A DNA stretch of 64,000 nt, from the NCBI GenBank assembly GCA_032718475.1, contig JAUCBJ010003173.1:1-64000 (forward strand). The letters run 5' to 3'. Under the pieces are notes generated by a model. The model worked only from the letters and a program-made list of their open reading frames with translations. It was not told the DNA's origin and did no database searches. Positions 61,301-64,000 of the stretch are shown piece by piece (position 1 is the first letter of the stretch; each line of letters begins with the position of its first letter). This DNA is from Nemertoderma westbladi (lineage: Eukaryota > Animalia > Xenacoelomorpha). The translations under genes and the position numbers were made by a program.

Positions 61301-61321
61301 CCTCCATGTACAAACGGCTAA
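52098..61321 (+). CDS. unc-4: Unc-4/Uncx paired-like (Q50) homeobox transcription factor, 4 coding exons join(52098..52374,52795..53000,59789..59953,60800..61321), 389 aa
   Basis: Homeodomain [47 protein letters not shown]|[12 protein letters not shown], followed by the Unc-4-specific [13 protein letters not shown]...CSGQPI; eh1 motif FSIDSIL (61175-61195). All introns are GT-AG with consistent phases (1,0,0); total 1170 nt. Confidence 0.92.
52795..53000 (+). CDS. unc-4: unc-4 coding exon 2 (homeodomain up to ...SRVQ)
   Basis: Acceptor TTTCAG at 52789-52794; ends ...AGAGTTCAG|GT at the canonical PRD-class intron position. Confidence 0.95.
53487..54428. mobile_element. Degenerate copy of the piggyBac-type MITE (cf. 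44684-46110) in unc-4 intron 2
   Basis: Shared GGGCGTGGCACTTCAAATTTT repeats; ends TAATAGGG|TTAA. Confidence 0.75.
55715..56010 (+). mobile_element. Degenerate RTE fragment in unc-4 intron 2
   Basis: GACCTTCGGATACTTAAGGGGAAGGCATGGG and GGGAGTCCATGCTGGGCTCTAACTGCTGAG match the RTE ORF. Confidence 0.75.
56146..56983 (-). mobile_element. Second copy of the 14383-14995 element family
   Basis: ...GACAGACGGACAGCCCATTTACCCTATATGAACC...CTACGTGTCTCGCCCCACA and ACACGTTCGTGGGGCCTTCGC mirror the two ends of the first copy. Confidence 0.65.
56410..56489 (-). pseudogene. Decayed tRNA-Ser(AGA)-like sequence (pseudogene or SINE head)
   Basis: - strand reads TGGCCGAATGTTTAAGGAG-TTGGA-AT-AGA-AA-CCCAA-TGGGATCCTAG-GTGGTTCGAATC-ATATCCTTGGCA: A box, AGA anticodon arm, long variable arm and B box are present; acceptor and T stems are mismatched. 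Confidence 0.55.
59789..59953 (+). CDS. unc-4: unc-4 coding exon 3 (homeodomain helix 3 + conserved Unc-4 extension)
   Basis: TTTAG|GTATGGTTCCAAAATAGAAGAGCAAAATGG... = [26 protein letters not shown]; donor CAG|GTGGG. Confidence 0.95.
60529..60755. mobile_element. ~225-bp MITE in unc-4 intron 3
   Basis: TIR GGGTGTAAACGCTACG(C/T)CGACAACCGAC; AACAAAT on both flanks (60522-60528, 60756-60762); related decayed copy at ~46495-46696. Confidence 0.8.
60800..61321 (+). CDS. unc-4: unc-4 coding exon 4 (C-terminus with eh1 Groucho-binding motif)
   Basis: Acceptor TTTCGACAG|AAA, in frame with ORF 60818-61321; [10 protein letters not shown]; stop TAA, with AATAAA at ~61321 and ~61536. Confidence 0.85.
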   Translation, partial: KQISRQLEREKQKCVKAGKTWPMIGNDVVALTRRLHMNYPFALVRKMLVQHGFIFEDIKDELGCDSKGVIGFTNVKKADDTSVIEVETVEDIVPKEICLSEPTDINCNTETLLNDRPYTSSSRNMFSIDSILSKPVQNREIGRNGNGVVQTDMVPMYHYTNKYGIWLPPCTNG

Positions 61322-63471
61322 ATAAAAAAATACTTCAACAGTACTGAACTCAATCATGTTACCACATGAAGAAAGAAGAAAAGTTTTCACCTAAGCTTAT
61401 TAAATGGATGGTCTAATTAATTATTCTGTATTAACCTCAGTATCTCATATAATTTTCCTGTTATTGTCATTTACCGGTACAGATAGATATTGTATGATTT
61501 TATTGTTAAACTTATATTTCAATTAAATTCTATAAAATAAATCATAAAAATATCCTATGCTCAGTGTCAATGGTCAAGTTAGTGATAACTGATAATAATT
61601 TATATATTTCCTCATCTATTACAATTAAATTGCATTTGAAATTATTTTTTAGTTTATTGACATAATATAATAACGATAAATAATAAAGAATCAAGTATCT
61701 AATTTTTAATATTATACTATTCAGAGGACTGGAGACAGGGTGTTGCTTGAACAGCTCAAAATCTAGCTCGTAATCGAATTCCAGCTCGAAATCCAGGGAG
61801 TGAGGAGGGTGGAACAGTGCCAACTGCTATATGTAATATAAAATAACACAATGTAACATGGTACTGTAATATGAATATTTATAAAAACGCACTTACATAA
61901 TATATAATAGTATTATCTGTATAACATGCAGAAGAATAATTAGAACTCTAAGGGATAAATTTACTGTTTTCAAGTTAAAGAGGGATGGACTAATTATTTA
62001 TGTATGGAATGCTACTAATGGGTCGAGCATCACAGATAAGATCCAAGTGATGATGGATAAAGTTGAGAGAATGATTATTGAAAAGTATTTTTATGTGGAA
62101 TATTTTTATCCGGTCTTTATTAAAACAGATCCCATTTTGGACTCAGCGTAACCCCGCGCCCGAGATGTAAAACAAAGCAGAACCCATATGGGACTCTGCG
62201 TGACCCTGCGCCCGGGATGTAAAACAAAGCAGAACCCCACTGGGACTCCAGTAGAAACTCCACGGGACTCAAGCAGAAGATTAGACAGTAACTATATTAT
62301 TATATATTGTTTATCTATTGTGTCTTTAATATGTGCTGGTCTATGACAAAGGCACACCCCTAAAATATCTGATTATATGTCTGATTTCGCGGAGATTTAC
62401 ACCGAGATATGGAGCATTTTCGGAACTGTTTAATAGAAGAAATCTCTATCAGCAGATGATGAACAATTAATGGATGCCCTGTCAGCGATGATCTCTATGC
62501 ACGACTCATCACGTGTGGAATATACCACTGCTTTAACTGATCGCACAACCTCGAGGCAATAAACGGCGCGCCTGGAAACCATTACTGCTTAAAACGAACG
62601 TCCCAAGCACCTGCAACAGGACCACCTTATATCGAAGACTTTCTGCAAGAGCAGGAGTTGCAGTTCGAATCCGTTCGAATAACAGACTGCCCACCGGCAG
62701 AATTTTAGCATACCTTCCAAATTAGCATACTTGCACCAAGCAGAATCAGGATCCTCTAATGGATCCCGAGCTGTGGCCATACAATACAGTAATACAAAAT
62801 TAATGGCTCTCAAACGAAGAAAGTATAAACCTTGGGAAGAATCCTTGTCTGCCACTGAGAGAGATTCCCATCAGGTTACACAAGGCCAGAAACCAAACAC
62901 CGCAACATTCCAATACCGTTCTGGAATGTAGAAAGTCTCAAATTTGTACAAGAAACCCTTAAACATTAAGAACGCTACAGTAATCATGATATCCTAATGT
63001 TTGGCAAGACCTTTTTCACCTCCAAATCCCAAGAAATAACACATTTAATTAAACACATAGGAACGTTTTAAACGATGTGTGTGTATATGACTTTGGCATG
63101 GTTCAATGCAGTGAATTTTATTATATAAATATCGTTACATGTCAATCATATAGAAGTTACAAATTATAATAAGCTAAACAAGTACATTTCTCAATGCGAT
63201 CATTAGCAAGCTATCCCTTACAGTAATTGTAATTGATCATTACATTACAATTTTTGATAATTATTTGATCCGTTCGAGTTTTGAATTTCATGTTCATCTT
63301 TATCTAGAAATGCGGGATACAAATGCATTGGGGCTTTCTTTTCTACTCGAGCTTCCAAAAAAACATCACCATCGTCTCCATCTTGGGCCGGCTGTTTAAC
63401 CGGCTTTATCATTGTCAAACCAGATGTCAGACTGTCGAACATTTCCTTCTACTACTCTTTTGACAGTTTAA

Positions 63472-64000
63472 CCCTATTAGTACCGGGCTATAAAATGTTG
63501 TACAAATACCGGGGGGGGGGGGGGGTCATATTGACCCCCCCCCCCCCCTCTAAAATCTACAAATATTTACGAAAACGTCTGATTTTTTGTTTGTACGTAG
63601 GTATCACTTGTCTGGATCCGAACGAAAAAAAAAATTTTCGAAAAAATGTACTGGGGTGGTTATATTGCAGCACCAAATTTACAAGTAGTACACAATTTTC
63701 ACAAAATTTGAAAGTTACATTTTCGGCTAATTATTTTTAATACAGGTTTTCTGGGGTGCAAAATACATTGGAAAATATTTAAAAATGATATGATTACTAT
63801 AAATGGCTGTTTAGTCCTCGCTGCATAGGAAAAAAATGAAAAAAACAAGTAACCAGCACTTTTCAGTTAGAACACAAAATTTTAATTCACTTATACGATG
63901 CTATAAATTCACATTTTCAGGTTTTCGAGGGCGTTGATTCTAATGGAATACATTTCTAATATGCCAGATCATTGCTACTTGTATTTTGGTGCTAGCCCCA
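63472..64000. mobile_element. Left end of another piggyBac-type MITE (runs off the window)
   Basis: TTAA|CCCTATTAGTACC..., with a G(n)-TCATATTGA-C(n) subterminal palindrome resembling the other TTAA elements. Confidence 0.55.

Overview
Eukaryotic, AT-rich, repeat-dense invertebrate DNA (arthropod-like; not prokaryotic). Bases 1-~7870 are the 3' part of a BEL/Pao LTR retrotransposon. It runs: pol (RNase H + integrase, one nonsense codon), a ~950-bp array of ~29 GGTAC-GTA-GTACC hairpins, a large extra ORF in the env position, a stem-loop, the polypurine tract and the 3' LTR. The extra ORF is not an envelope; it has a DEDDy/WRN-EXD-type 3'-5' exonuclease fold plus three CCHC zinc knuckles, and this module is the most unusual thing in the window. 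There are two host genes. One is a cytosolic sulfotransferase with an intronless CDS (25269-26294). The other is a four-exon unc-4/Uncx paired-like homeobox gene (52098-61321, 389 aa, C-terminal eh1 motif) that the ORF track captures only in pieces. The rest is RTE-clade LINE fragments, nested TTAA-targeting DNA transposons (piggyBac and Kolobok-like, with empty-site copies inside the window), a Mutator-like MITE, a ~6.8-kb TIR element inserted in a (TA)n tract, several satellites (12, 20, 23, 28, 39, 63 and ~620 bp units) and a decayed tRNA-Ser(AGA)-like sequence. All calls come from reading the sequence by eye; no database searches were run.
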